This document shows positions 33,100 through 33,881 of a stretch of 33,881 nt of DNA, one piece after another. Each line of letters opens with the position of its first letter. Positions within the stretch are counted from its first letter, which is position 1. The stretch lies in NCBI RefSeq assembly GCF_000181795.1, contig NW_003526941.1, forward strand, positions 5,207,352 to 5,241,232. Direction: 5' to 3'. The position numbers and the translations under genes are program-made. This DNA comes from Trichinella spiralis (Eukaryota). Under the pieces are notes generated by a model. That model saw only the letters and a program-made list of their open reading frames with translations. It was not told the DNA's origin and did no database searches.

Positions 33100-33881
33100 A
33101 GTGGATAGAATGATTAAAAATGATTAGAAAATAAGTCAGATGTACTGCCAAATTCAACCAATGAGGACGATTCGCTAATTCAAAATTGACCTTGGCATTA
33201 GCAATTCAGTCAAAATATAAACTAACTAACAGAAAACGCCATAACAAAAAATTGACATGGACCAAACATGCCTTCGCTTGTTTGAATTTGAGGTTTGAAA
33301 ATTCAAAAATGCCCTACATAAATGGAAGTTACTTTCTTATAAATAAAGACCCTTTCAAGTGAATAATTTGCAACTGAAAGCTTCTTTAACTACGGAAAAA
33401 TGAAAAGTGTTCTCGCTTCATCATGTAGAAAAAGTAGCAACCATTTCAAAAATGTATTTAGAAGTATAATAATTAAGTGCTTTTTAATTAAAAGATACTT
33501 ATTAAAAAAATGACTATTTAAATGTTTTAAAGAAAAATAACAAGAAAAAAAAGGAGGAATTACTTTTCAACAATTGAAAATCGTCTTCAGCAGCTATTCA
33601 GCGTCATGAACTCAGAGAACGTTTTACAAATGCCACCACTTGCCACGTAAGTCAAACGAACGAGTGCGCTATTACTGATGATAAGGCACCTTTACGGCGA
33701 TCGTTATTTACATAGCGTAACGTTCAAAACCGGTTTTTGCGCATTGGAACTTCTTACTGAGGATAAATTCCAACCTCTCCCGTGATACAATATGAACATG
33801 ATAAATGTACTGTTCAATTCAATCAATAAGGACTATTTGAAAATTCAAAAATGACCTTGACGTTTACAATTCAGTCAAAAT
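33100..33881 (-). repeat. Two further members of the dispersed repeat family (33100-33400 and 33725-33881)
   Basis: 33270-33400 matches 10640-10780, and 33150-33260 matches 11451-11560. Confidence 0.8.

Overview
AT-rich eukaryotic draft-assembly scaffold with three N gaps and short (about 56-100 nt) GT-AG introns. The style suggests a nematode such as Trichinella, but that is inference. The centre holds a compact + strand three-gene cluster reconstructed by hand: MED9 (2 exons), whose CDS overlaps the start of an intronless MSS4/RABIF CDS by 41 nt, then about 140 nt later a 7-exon RPAP3-like gene (TPR + RPAP3_C). An intronless 389-aa orphan ORF lies at 20997-22166. Both flanks are repeat-rich. 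They include a ~2.7 kb inverted duplication (2870-5605 vs 26205-28840), a ~1.5 kb direct duplication, a 24-bp minisatellite with a ~288-bp higher-order period, and a dispersed repeat family carrying (T/C)CAAGGTCA. The duplicated units are full of short exon-like segments with no continuous ORF. They end in dense arrays of perfect 5' splice-site (U1 snRNA-complementary) motifs, and in two of three cases these are followed by a GCCNNNGGC/octamer palindromic repeat. The U1-site arrays and the overlapping MED9/MSS4 arrangement are the most interesting signals.
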